Assembly: GCF_006345805.1 (NCBI RefSeq)
Contig: NC_042997.1
Coordinates: 144,460,001 to 144,524,000 of the forward strand
Source: Octopus sinensis
Taxonomy: Eukaryota
Direction of reading: 5' to 3'
DNA: 64,000 bases
This document shows positions 26,536-39,075 of this stretch, in pieces; the stretch's first letter is position 1; each line of letters starts with the position of its first letter. A program made the translations under genes and the position numbers. A model generated the notes under the pieces. That model ran no database searches and had not been told where the DNA came from. It worked only from the letters and a program-made list of their open reading frames with translations.

Positions 26536-27226
26536 GGATCTTCACCTTTTGACCTACAGATTAAAAAATTATTTTTTTTAACCTATTGGGATCTGTAACT
26601 AAACACTTTCAAACTTCAGACACTGGTAGAATGTGTCATATAGAACAACTTTTACTCTTAGCATTTTTGAGAAAAACTTATATTTACAAAGTTATTTCAC
26701 ATTAAAGTTGTAGTATTTCGGTAATTTCAACCTATCCATGATGTGTATTCAGCTGAATAAAATTACTGCCATTGTTTGTCAACAACAACTATCGGTGGTG
26801 TATTTTTCGTTTGTTACAGTTATTTATGACATGGTTCGTGCGTTTGTACTGGTTTTAAGATTTTTAGGGTTGGGGTTAGTGTGTTACGGTTAGGGTTTTA
26901 GGGTTAGGGTTAAGGTGTTAGGGTTAGGATTTTAGGGTTAGGGTTGTCATAAATAACAGTGACAAACGAAATATACACCACCGGAAGTTCTTGTTTACAA
27001 ACAACAGCAATAATTTAAATTCAGCTGAATACACGTCATTGATTGGTTGAAATTACCGAAATACGAGAACTTTAACGTGAAATAACTTCATAAATATAAG
27101 TTTTTCTCAAAAGTGCTAACAGTAAAAGATGTTTTATATGATGCATTCTACCAGTGTTCGAAGTTTGAAAGTGTTTAATTACAAAAAAATTATTTTTTAA
27201 ATCTGTAGGTCAAAAGGTAAAGATCC
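26536..27226. mobile_element. Long-TIR MITE with central TTAGGG-like array
   Basis: ~300-bp inverted arms (ggatcttcaccttttgacctacagat / atctgtaggtcaaaaggtaaagatcc|ta); centre ~26860-26945 is degenerate (TTAGGG)n. Confidence 0.85.
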
Positions 27227-27258
27227 TAATAGTTCTATAAAAAAAAGATTCGGCTTAA

Positions 27259-27440
27259 CTTCGGTATAGGTACCGGAAGTACCGGATACATTTCAAGAAA
27301 GTGTTTTTTTTAAATATATATGGGGGGTTAGGGTTTGTGTTAGGTTTAGGATTAGGGTTAGGGGTGTGAGAAAAGGGTTTCTGTTAGCTTCAGAAATGTA
27401 AGCAAAGCCACTTCCGGTGCTTACAGTACCTATACCGAAG
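27259..27440. mobile_element. Small inverted-repeat element with TTAGGG-like core
   Basis: ttcggtataggtac ... gtacctataccgaa inverted termini; internal ggggttagggttt...ttagggttagggg. Confidence 0.7.
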
Positions 27441-28009
27441 GATCGCCAAAGGTTCACTTCCTCAAATCGTTTTCTCAACTTCCTGTGTTTGGCGTTCTAA
27501 CTAGCTATTTACACACACAGGTATGTATACTTCATTACAGTTATGACGATTTCTGATAAAAAAAAAAATAATAATAATAGTAATTTCTAAAGGTACTTTC
27601 ATGTCAGAAAAAAAAAATCAAACGGAGATAGACGCTTTTTTCTCGATTAATCAAATGAGGTACTGTATATTGTACATTGATATTCCAATACATATTTCAG
27701 ATAGTTTTGGAACAAGTTACCTTATTAAGACTTGATATTTCACATTTAAATCCCATGTATTTATTCTTGGCACAAATCGACTTCTTAACACATTCACTTA
27801 ACTGTTTGGTCAATGTCAACATAACACACACATATACACACAACATTACAGTTGTGACAATTGCAGATGAAAATTAATTTCTAAAGTTACTTTCATTTTT
27901 TTATATTCTTCTCCGGCTTTCTATTTGTGTAAGATATGAGTTTGTGTGTGTGTGTGAGAGAGAGAAAAAATATATTTCATGAGATTTCATTTAATTGATA
28001 AATTGTCAA

Positions 28010-29267
28010 CCCACCCCTACTACTTAGGATGATCATAACTTTTAGAAAAATGGATATTTCATAATAAAATTTCCTACGAATATGTGTTATATCATGTACA
28101 TTCCGAATATACAAAATTTGGTGGGGAAAGTATTTTTAGGAGGGCTGGGGGAGGATTTTCGGAAAATTCACCGAAGTCCACTTCAATTCGCTTAACTTTC
28201 AGGAAAATGGATACTTTTTAATGAAATTGTCTACAAATATACTTTGGACTATGTAGATTCCGAGCATGTAGGAATTTTTGGGAAAAACAATTGGGGGGTT
28301 ACTTTTGAGAATTGTTCCCCACTCGGAGGTGTTTCGGAACAAGTCGTCCATATTTGTTACATTTTCTCTGTTTTGTGCGTTTGTGCATCCGTAGATTTCT
28401 ACTTACGCAACAGGTAATAAAGGCAAATGAAGCCTTCACCAGAAAATTCATGCTAAAAATAGCAACTAAATGTCTGGTATACAGATATATGTTATTAAGA
28501 CGATTTACCTGTTGCATACGATTTTTGTTCTCTTTCTTAAAGTAAATTCCCAGGTAAACGGTTCTAATAGAAAGGCAGAAGACATCAAAAATAAGGAATA
28601 TGCACGCACAGTTAAATATAGAAGTGTAAAGCATAATTTGTTACATAATCTCTATAATAAACATGATATTGAATGGAATAATTCTCCGTTTAAACTTTTT
28701 CATTATATATATGTGTGTGTGAGGACACTGAGAATAAGCATGCCGCCCTTTTTTTCCCCTACAGATTCTGACCTTCAACGAAGATTCTGAATATGCAAAA
28801 AAAAAAACAAAAATCTACTTTTAGATAACTTTTTAATACATCCGCTCCTTAACTTTTCAATTTTTTTCCCGAAATTTTACTAGGGCTAAGGGCTATATAC
28901 GGATGCACAAACGCACAAAACGGAGAAACTGAAACAAATATGGACGACCCCATCCCCCAGTGGGGAACAGTTCGCAAAAGTAACATCCAATTGTTTTCCC
29001 CCAAAATCCTGTATGCTTGGAATCTACTTAGTCCGAGGTATATTTGTAGACAATTTCATTTTAAAATATCCATTTTCCTGAAAGTTATGACGAACTGAAG
29101 TGGACTCCGGTGAAATTTCCGAAAATCCTCCCTACCCCCTAAAACATTTCTCCCCCAAAATTATGTATATTCGGAATGTAAATGATATACTACATATTCA
29201 TAGAAAATTTCATTAAAAAATATCCATTTTTCTGAAAATTATCGTCATCCAAAGTCGACGGGGTGGG
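28010..29267. mobile_element. Foldback-like non-autonomous DNA transposon
   Basis: Diverged ~380-bp inverted arms 28010-28393 / 28898-29267 with internally repeated aacttt..gaaaatggatat..aatgaaatt modules; ~500-bp non-coding spacer. Confidence 0.85.
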
Positions 29268-29299
29268 GAGAAGAAATCCTGTGGTGAGATGGTACCAAC

Positions 29300-29630
29300 T
29301 GTCAATGATCCCATAATGCATGTACTCCCAATCATTGTACCAAACTTTAGCAACAGTCAATGGCTTTGTGAGTGAGCCGTCTTACGTAATGATGTCAACA
29401 AAATCAATTGTGATCTCTTGCAGCTGTTGCCTGGACAAGAACAGTCTTTCAAATCCCTCAACACTGTCAATGATCAGGACCAGGCTGTAGTTTTTTGAAC
29501 TGGGTTCTTGAACTCTCTACAGCCATCAGGGATGCTACCTCACCACTTAACACTTAAAAGGTGGGTCCCCAATCATGCTGCTCAGGAATCTGGATCCACC
29601 TCGTCTGTGCAATGGCACCAGACTGGTGGC
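29300..29630 (+). mobile_element. Helitron Pif1-helicase fragment
   Basis: Translation WLCE*AVL..DVNKIN..LL.LLPG.E...KSLNTV...FLNSLQPSGM.PHHL.LK.G.PIMLLRNLDPPRLCNGTRLV, diagnostic of Helitron RepHel Pif1; stops and a frameshift present. Confidence 0.9.
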
Positions 29631-29789
29631 AAAAGTGGCCAATCAAATAAGTACTGAACTTTAAAGAATATAAGTTCTGAGGTTGATTTGTTTAACTAAA
29701 ACCCTTCAGGGCAGAGCTCCAGCATGGCTGCAGTCAAAGGACTGAAACAAAAGAATAAAAAATACATACATACATGCATGCATGTGTGT

Positions 29790-30320
29790 CATCATTCAGT
29801 TTATTTCAAGATTTCTTGCCAATAGGGAAAGAACCAGTTTCTTACCTAGATCCAAGGTTCCTTCATTGAAATTTCAACATCAATGTATGTATGTGTGTGC
29901 AGATTTGTATGTTTTATGTGTATATTCTCATGTATATAGTTAAATATCTAAACATGCTCATATATATTTAAACGACAAACTTCTGGAAAGTTTTACAAAT
30001 TTTTACTGTTCCAGTGATGGATTGGATCTGTAGTCTTCAAATTAGCTTTTTCCTTTCTGGTTTTGAGAAGCCTAATTTCTCAAGATTGGTATTTAGGCAG
30101 TGTGTTACATATCATAGGGCACCAATGATTACAGGTATAAACTTGAACTTGTAATCTGGATAGAGTAACTGCAGATTTCTCAATAGTTCAGCATAGGTGT
30201 TCTCTTTTTCACTGATCTTCTGCTTTATGTTAACATCTGCTGGGCAGCTAATTTCCACAACTCTATCCCAAATCATTATATCAGGTCTGTTTGCTTATAT
30301 TTTATTGTGGTCTTCACTAA
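29790..30320 (-). mobile_element. 3' fragment of an RLE-type non-LTR retrotransposon, same clade as 23690-24165
   Basis: Minus translation NRPDIMIWDR..VVEISCPADVNIKQKISEKENTYAELLRNLQLLYPDYKFKFIPVIIGAL...GTVKICKTF. Confidence 0.85.
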
Positions 30321-31191
30321 TGTATGTATGTGTGCATCCATGCTTCATAAAATTTTGAAGACTACTTCACCTAATATGTTTTTATTAAGACAGTCTGTTC
30401 ATCCCAGCCTTTCTTTATCAAGGACTGGTGAAGGAGCTTGAATCAGCAACTTGCAATCACCTGCAGTGCATTTTGGGTTGTTCCACCTCATCCCCAATAA
30501 ATTTATAAATGAGAGGGCAAGTTGTCCTCTGGTGTGATGTGTTATTGAGGGTGTATGCATGCTGTCTGTCTCTTCTTTCATCATAGTTTCTCTTCCACTT
30601 TGTGAACAAGGCAACACCACTAATACAAGTGCCGCGAAAAGTACCAAGTAACTCCATTTTGTGTGAGTGGTTAATAAATCGAGTGGATCAGAGCTTGAGA
30701 GGACTCTCTAGCCTTGCTAGTAGCAAAGTGACCTGTGTAGAGATGATGCCACAAAAAAAGTACACACTGTATACTCTGTAAAGTGGTTAGTGTTAGGAAG
30801 TATATCCAGCTGTAGAAACCATGTCCAAGCTGAGATATTGGAGCAAGACGTGCTTCTCTGACACGCTGGATCCTGTCAAACCATCCAATGTATGCCAGCA
30901 GGTAAAACGGTCGAAGAATGACGGCGGTAATCATAACTTTTTCTTCTATTTTTTTTTAGTTATCTCCCCTTTACTATTTATATTTGCAAACTAATTGTGT
31001 TTATTATAACATATTAACGTTATATTAACCTTTAGGAACTACCAGAAATTGCAATATGAAATGGATTCGAAAGAATATCAATATCCAATCGTCAGTTACG
31101 CAGGTTAGCAAGGGCTTCATTTGGATCTTAGGCAGAAGGGATCTGTTCGAAAAATATATATTGCAGTCACCATTCCATGAGAGTCCCGAAG

Positions 31192-31677
31192 GCGAAATGT
31201 TTTCCCCACGAGAGTTCCGGACCCCATTTATAAACTCATTTGCATACAGTCAATCAGAGTTCAACTATCAAACTAATTTACGAGTGTATAACAAACGATG
31301 GGCAATAAGATAAGGTTACTTGGGTAAGGAATGACCATGCGTCTTTTCTCTTTTAATAATGCTTCTTGATTTTGATTTTGTTTCACCTTCTACCCACATT
31401 TTCCCCATCCACATCTTTACCATATGGGGCCCCAACAAAATCCGTTAATAGGTATAGATGCAAATCTGTCTAATTACCTGTCTCCTAAAATCAGGCATAA
31501 CTTGGCGATCAGTCGATTTACAACACTGTTCTTCGTCTTAAGTTTATTTGGTAGAGTGTGTTTGTTAACTTGACAATAAGGTCAAGGTGAGCTCTGATTG
31601 GCTGTATGCAAATGAGTTCATAACTGGGGTCCGGAACTCTCGTGGGAAAAAATTTCGCGTCGCGAAAAGCACCTTAA
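31192..31677. mobile_element. Non-autonomous DNA transposon with subterminal inverted repeats (Kolobok/Crypton-like end ...CCTTAA)
   Basis: ~70-bp inverted repeat 31192-31263 / 31588-31658; right end gcaccttaa. Left terminus not resolved. Confidence 0.55.
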
Positions 31678-33449
31678 TGCGTGATGCATATACGATGTTC
31701 CACAAAATATTTTTCTACACACACAAACTTATGTAAATTTACATTTTTAAACAATGTGATGTTGTGTCGGTTTTTGCTGTTCTCGCAGTTGTTTATGACG
31801 CAAGTAAAGTGGAAAGACAGTTTTTACTGCATACAGGTTACTTTTACTCAAACTTATTTCTGCGCAACGTAAGAAAAAAGAAATGTGAAAAAAAACTGTC
31901 GACTTTAGATCTATGGGACATAACTCTTTCTGCTTGATGTAAGGGGAGTAACTCTTAGTAGAACTACGTAACTGCAGTGAGAGGATGATAGGTAAAAGAG
32001 AGAGACTAGAATTCTGGCGCAATTAGTTAATTGGATTAATCGTTGGTTTTGCCATATTTGTGGCGGCTCATTGAGTCGGTCGGGGTTCAAATCGCACCGT
32101 TGTCGTTTTATCCCTTTGGAGTCGATGAAATAAAGTGCCAATTATGGTTTGGTAGCTATTACTTCCGCCTCTTTTGTTTTCAATCACCTCTGATGGATTA
32201 TACTGGAATGTGAAGACAGTCTAAACATGACGATACCGTTTTTTGCCTTTGTCACTGTATATCTGGGAGTACATGATTCCAATGTGTATTGCTCTTTCGG
32301 ATACGATTGAATGTAATTTGAGAGATATTTGACTACTATTGCTTACATGTCCAACAGCTCTCGATTTTAGAATTTCATTCGTACGTACGTGCGCACGCAT
32401 TCGCACACACACATTGGTAGCCGCAAGTGAAAGGTATGTGTGTTTGTGTGTGTGGCGTGCTAACGTTTCTTATTTCTTTATTGCTCACCAGGGGCTAAAC
32501 ATAGAGGAGACAAACAATGACAGACAAAGGGATAAGTCGATTACATTGACCCCAGTGCGTAACTGGTACTTAATTTATCAACCCTGAAATGATTAAAGGC
32601 AAAGTGGATCTCAGCGGAATTCGAACTCAAAAAGGAACGGCGGACGAAATACCGCTAAGCATTCTCGCCCGGTGTGCTAACATTTCTGTCAGCTTGCCGC
32701 CTATATGCTGAATATATTGACTAGAATAGTGAATCTTGAACTCATAACCATGCAATCAGCAGTCCAATACATTTACCTCAAAGCTATTTTGAAAATGATA
32801 TAAAATATACACCCTTATTTAAACTTTTATATAAAGCAAAGAATCAGTACAGTTGCTAGGATATTATCATAATCGTCATCATCATCATTTAATGTCCATT
32901 GTCCATGCTGGCATGGGTTGGACAGTTTGATCAGAGCTGGCAAGTTGGGGAGCTGCACTAGACTCCAATCTGATTTGGCATGCTTTCTATGGCTGGATGC
33001 CCCTCCTAACACCAACCATTTTACAGAGCGTGCTGGGTGCTTTTATCTGGCACTATATGGGCGTTTTTATGTGGCCCTTCATGGGCACTTTTATGTGACA
33101 CTGTACAGTTGATTTTACATGGCACCACCGTGAGTGCTTTACACCACCAGAGACCTGTCTTAACACTTCTGCTGCTGAGTATGGAACTGTTAAGACTAGT
33201 CCCTCTAGTGATGTGAAACATGAGATAAACTGTTGTAAGATAGTTAGTCTGGCCCTCTGCATCATGATCATTTAACATCCATGCTTGCATGAATCAGAAT
33301 TTTTTGAGGCAGATACCCTTCGTGTAGCCAACCCTCACCTATTTCCCAGCAAGGTAATATTTTCCCATTGCTAGACATGTTTTCCATGAAAGACTAGAAA
33401 TGAACAACCTCAGTTATATATGTATATTTATGTATATATGTATATATAT

Positions 33450-33493
<44 letters not shown>

Positions 33494-33552
33494 GTGTATA
33501 TGTAAATGTATAAATATATGTATGTGTATATATATATAGGTGTGTGTATATA

Positions 33553-36500
33553 ATGATGGCAATCCCTCAAGGTCGAGGATGATGGTCTTTGCGCAAATTT
33601 ACTGGTGAGTCCGTAGGTGACCGATAAAACCAATTCTTGCTTGAAAAGATCGGTCGCAGTGTGGACATTTAGTGCCAGAAGGGAGAGTCACATGTAGTTG
33701 TTGTTGGCGCTCCTTCCGTCATCGTCTTTTCTCCTCCAACTCTGCAGACCTTTTCGACTCGAAAGTCGCCGTTCCCTCATGGATGGTGGTTTTCCAGAGT
33801 GGTCTGTTTTTTGCCATTTCCTTCCAGTTAGTGAAGTCGATGTCACACTTTTTGAGGTTCGTTTTCAGGGAGTCCTTGTAGCGTTTCTTCTGGCCTCCTT
33901 TTGTACGCTTGCCGTCTTTGAGTTGGGAGTAGAAGATCTGTTTGGGAAGTCATTTGTCAGTCATTCTAACCATGTGGCCGCTCCATCTTAGTTGGCCTTT
34001 GATGACATAGGCTTCGATGCTGGTCATTTTTGCTTCTTGTAGCATGCTGACGTTAGTTCTGTCTTCCCAGCTGATGTTAAGGATCTTCCGAAGACAGCGT
34101 TGGTGAAATTTCTCGAGCGTTTTCAGGTAGTGACTATACGGGGTCCAGTTTTTGGATGCGTAAAGGAGGGTTGGAATAATGACTGCCCTGTACACCATGA
34201 GTTTGGTTTCGGTTCGGATGTCCCGATCAGCAAAAACTCTTGTTCGAAGCTTGCCGAAAGCTGTTCCTGCACACTTCAGATGGTGTTGGATTTCATCGCT
34301 GATGTCTACCATTGCTGACAGATGGCTCCCAAGGTAGCAGAAATGGTTCACATTTTCCAGTGGAATTCCTTCGAGTTGAATCAATGGCGGGTTGTCAACA
34401 CGGGCATTGGGAGGAGGTTGGTAGAGTAAGTGAGTCTCCTTGATGTTGATGCTCAGTCCAAGTTTAGTATATGCATGATGAAACGCATTTAGGATCTGTT
34501 GGAGGTGATCCTCTCTGTAAGCTGCTACACTGTTGTCGTCGGCATATTAGAACTCTAGCAAGCTTTGCGCCATTGTCTTTGACGTACTTTTGAGGTGAGC
34601 GAGGTTGAAAAGCTTGCCGTCCATTCTGTACGAGATCTCGATGCCAGGTGGAAGGTCATCTCGTATGATGTGCAACACTGTTGCGATAAAGATGGTAAAG
34701 AGAGTTGGCGCTATCACGCAGCCTTGCTTCACTCCAGAGGTGACTTTAAAGGGCTCAGAACTGCCTCCGTTGGTCTGGACTCTGGCGTGAATATTGTCGT
34801 GGAGGAGTTTGAGGACCAGGATGAACTTATCTGGGCATCCATACTGGGCAAGAATATCCCAGAGGAGCTCTCACGAGACATGATCAAAGTCTTTGGATAG
34901 GTCGATAAAGGCCAAATAAGCGGTTGGTGTTGCTCACGACATTTTTCTTGTAGCTATCGCAGCATGAAGATCATGTCGATTGTGCTTCGTGATGGCCTAA
35001 AGCCGGTCTGCGTCTCAGGAAGGATCCTCTCTGACAGCGTTTTGAGGCGGCTGTTCAGGATGCATGCAAGAATCTTCCCAGCATTTGCTAATAAAGAAAT
35101 ACCCCAGTAATTTCCACACTCAGAACGATCGCCCTTTCGTTTGTAAATGGTAATGATGTTAGCATCCCTGAAGTCGGATGGTACAACTTCATTTGTCAAG
35201 ATTTTGACCAAGAGTTGGTGGAGCTAGTGTTGGACAAAATCACCTAGTTTGTAGATCCCAGCTGGGACTCCGTCAGGACCCGCGGCTTTGTTGTTCTCCA
35301 TTGCTGTGATAGCAATTTTGACCTCTTCGAAGGATGGAATTCGAGCGAGAGAGTAATCTTTGGCCTCTTTAGGAAACATGTCAAGTATGCTTTTGTTGAT
35401 GGTAGCCTTGTGATTGAGGAGGTCATCGAAGTGTTCTCTCCATCTGTCTCCTATTTCGGTATTGCTTTTCAGGATGGTCGCTCCGTCTTTACTCTTCAGA
35501 GGAGCCTGTCCATGTGTGGAAGGTCCGTATATTTCTTTCGTGGCTTTGAAGAACCCTCTGGTGTCGTTTACATCTGCTAGCTGTTGGATTTCACGAGATT
35601 TGTGTCTCCACCACTGGTTCTTCAGGGTACGGGTTGTCCTTTGAACTGCGGCTTTGCACTTTTTGAAAGACTCTCGTTTAGTGACAGACTTTGGATCATT
35701 CTGTGAGCTGATGAAAGCTTTCCGTTTTTGGTCCATCAGTTCTTTGAGAGCTTCATCATTGTCGTCGAACCAGTCCTGGTGTTTCGTTTTCTTGCAACCA
35801 ATGGTTTCTTCGCAAGTGGTGATGATGGTTTCTTTCAGCTGGTTCCAATTTTCTTCGACGAGACGATTTGGAGTCTTATTTTGAAGATTGACCTGTAGGC
35901 ACTGCTGGAAAGTGACATGAGTTTTTGGGTCTTGCAGTGCTTTGATGTTGAATTTCTTTACTCTGCTTTCCTTGCTGTGATATTTCACTTTTGGTCGGAG
36001 TTTGATTTTCATGGTGGAGGCGACGATCTGTCCAGCACTCATCCGCTCTGGTGAGCAACACATCTTGCTGGTCTCGGGATCTCACGATGATATAGTCGAT
36101 GAGATGCCATTTTTTAGATCTTGGATGCTGCCATGAGACCTTATATCGATTCTTCTGGCGAAAAAGGGTGTTGGTTATCACCAGGTTATGTTCAGCACAT
36201 TTGGTGAGTAGCAGAGTTCCATTGGCATTGACTTTTCCCACTCCTTCCTTTCCGATGGTTCCTGTCCAGAGTTCACGATCTCTCCCAACTCTAGCGTTGA
36301 AATCTCCCAGGAGAATGATCTTGTCGTCCTTTGAGACGATAGAGAGAATGCTATCAAGCTGGCTGTAAAACTCTTCCTTGACTAAATTCTCCAGACAGAC
36401 CTGAAAGGCGAACTGCAATCATCGCCCGGGAACTCCATCGATTCAATTTTGACATCGTAGCTCTCAGTGAAACCCGGAGAGCCGGAGAAGGCCAGCTGAG

Positions 36501-36704
36501 AGAAGGCGGTCAATACACCTTTTTTTGGAAAGGTTACGATCCCGACCATCAACGAATCCATGGTGTGGGTTTTGCAATATTTAACACCATCCTATCCAAA
36601 CTGACAGAGCAGCCCATCGGAATGTCCGCACGACTCATGACCTTCCGAATCCAGCTTGTCAAAAGTCAGCATGCAAGTATCATCAGCGCGTATGCTCCCA
36701 CCCT
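33553..36704 (-). mobile_element. RTE (BovB-like) LINE, ~3.15 kb, degenerate, with inverted 5' segment
   Basis: Minus fragments: APE endonuclease (LLGDFNARVG, SWQHPRSKKWHLIDYIIV), RT (KAAGPDGVP, KQGCVIAPTLF, YADDN, YLGS), tail ...gccatcat; candidate 12-bp TSD tgtgtgtatata at 33541-33552 and 36705-36716. Confidence 0.93.
36384..36704 (+). pseudogene. Inverted N-terminal endonuclease segment of the same RTE
   Basis: Plus frame DRPERRTAIIARELHRFNFDIVALSETRRAGEGQL...YTFFWKG...HGVGFAI...RLMTFRI...IISAYAPTL, opposite orientation to the element body. Confidence 0.9.
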
Positions 36705-37477
36705 TGTGTGTATATATATATATGTATATATATTATATATATATATATGTGTATATGTATGTGTATATGTATGTATGTGTATATGTATGTATATGTATAT
36801 ATATGTATGTATATGTATGTTTATATGTATATACATACACACACACACACACATGTACAACTGGCTATGTCTACCAAATCCATTCGCAAGGATTTGGTCC
36901 ACCTGAGGTTGTAGTAAAAGACACTTGTCCACAGTGCCATGCAGTAAGACTGAACTCAGATCTAAATGGTTGGGAAGCAAGCTTCTTACCACATAGTTGT
37001 GCCTCCACCTGTTTAACATCTGCTTTTCATGCTGGCATGGTTCAGATCTCCACAGAACAAGTCAGCTCTCATTTTACTCCATTACTTTGTAGATGACAGT
37101 TGCTTGTGTTTCACTTTTGGTTTGGTTCCTCTGGCTGGACAACTTCCCTCTCAGTCTTTGTAGTGTATTCTGGGTGCATTTTATTGTGGCACCAGCGCTA
37201 GAGGGGATGTCATAACCTAATAGAGAATCCTTTTGACCTTACACTTTCTCTCTTCATTTACCAATCACTTATGTATGTGCATAAACACACACACATATAC
37301 ATATGCACAATATTCAATTTAGCCAATTTTAACTCTGTGAAATTGTTATGTTGGTTATTGCATTGAAGTAATAATATATTGGAGTTTATTGCTGTGTTAA
37401 ATAATAAAGCTCTTAAATTCAGAAGAAATATTTTTATAGAGATCAATTACTAATTCCATATATATATATATATATAT

Positions 37478-37581
37478 ATGATGGCTGTCCATTCATAACC
37501 GAGGAAAACCATTACTGACCTTTGGGAACATTGTGCACACAAGACTACCTTATACTTTACACTTGCGGCTGTGCAACTATA

Positions 37582-37612
<31 letters not shown>

Positions 37613-39075
37613 GTATGTAAATATATGCACATACCTGTAGGCGTAGGAATGGCTGTGTGGTAAGTAGCTTGCTTATGAACCACATGGTTCCGGGTTCAGT
37701 CCCACTGTGTGACACCTTGGGCAAGTGTCTTCTACTATAGCCTCAGGCCAACCAAAGCCTTGTAAGTGGATTTGGTAGAGAGAAACTGAAAGAAGCCCAC
37801 CGTATATATGTATATATATATGTTTGTGTGTCTGTGTTTGGCCCCCCAACATCGCTTGACAACCAATGCTGTTGTGTTTATATCTCCGTTACTTAGCGGT
37901 TCGGCAAAAGAGACCGATAGAATAAGTACTGGGCTTACAAAAGAATAAGTCCTGGGGTCGAGTTGCTCGATTAAAGGCGGTGCTCCAGCATGGCCACAGT
38001 CAAATGACTGAAACAAGTAAAAGAGAGAAAAAGAAAAGAGATATATATTATGATAGCCGTCCATTCATAACCAAGGAAAACCATTACTGACCTTTGGGAA
38101 CATTGTGCACACAAGACTACCTTATACTTTACACTTGTGGCTCTGCAAGTATATATATATATATATATATATATTCCTGTAGGCGAAGGAATGGCTGTGT
38201 GGTAAGTAGCTTGCTTATGAACCACATGGTTCCGGGTTCAGTCCCACTGTGTGGCACCTTGGGCAAGTGTCTTCTACTATAGCATCGGGCCAACCAAAGC
38301 CTTGTAAGTGGATTTGGTAGAGAGAAACTGAAAGAAGCCCACCGTATATATGTATATATATATGTTTGTATGTCTGTGTTTGGCCCCCCAACATCGCTTG
38401 ACAACCAATGCTGTTGTGTTTATATCTCCGTTACTTAGCGGTTCGGCAAAAGAGACCGATAGAATAAGTACTGGGCTTACAAAAGAATAAGTCCTGGGGT
38501 CGAGTTGCTCGATTAAAGGCGGTGCTCCAGCATGGCCACAGTCAAATGACTGAAACAAGTAAAAGAGAGAAAAAGAAAAGAGATATATACTATGATAGCC
38601 GTCCATTCATAACCAAGGAAAACCATTACTGACCTTTGGGAACATTGTGCACACAAGACTACCTTATACTTTACACTTGTGGCTCTGCAAATATATATAT
38701 ATATATATATATTCCTGTAGGCGAAGGAATGGCTGTGTGGTAAGTAGCTTGCTTATGAACCACATGGTTCCAGGTTCAGTCCCACTGTGTGGCACCTTGG
38801 GCAAGTGTCTTCTACTATAGCATCGGGCCAACCAAAGCCTTGTAAGTGGATTTGGTAGAGAGAAACTGAAAGAAGCCCACCGTATATATGTATATATATA
38901 TGTTTGTATGTCTGTGTTTGGCCCCCCAACATCGTCCCTGTAACTTAGCGGTTCAGAAAAAGAGACCGATATAATAAGTACTAGGTTTACAAAGAATAAG
39001 TCCTGGGGTCAATTTGCTTGACTAAAGGCGGTGCTCCAGCATGGCCACAGTCAAATGACTGAAACAAGTAAAAGA
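37478..39075 (+). repeat. Tandem triplication (~540-570-bp unit: short spacer + family A SINE)
   Basis: Spacer atgat(g/a)gc(t/c)gtccattcataacc...cacttg(c/t)ggct starts at ~37478, ~38050 and ~38592; identical ORF starts 38064/38606 give a 542-bp period. Confidence 0.93.

Noticed and set aside
26860-26945. True telomere or chromosome fusion site
   Set aside because: Short, degenerate, single orientation and embedded between MITE arms.
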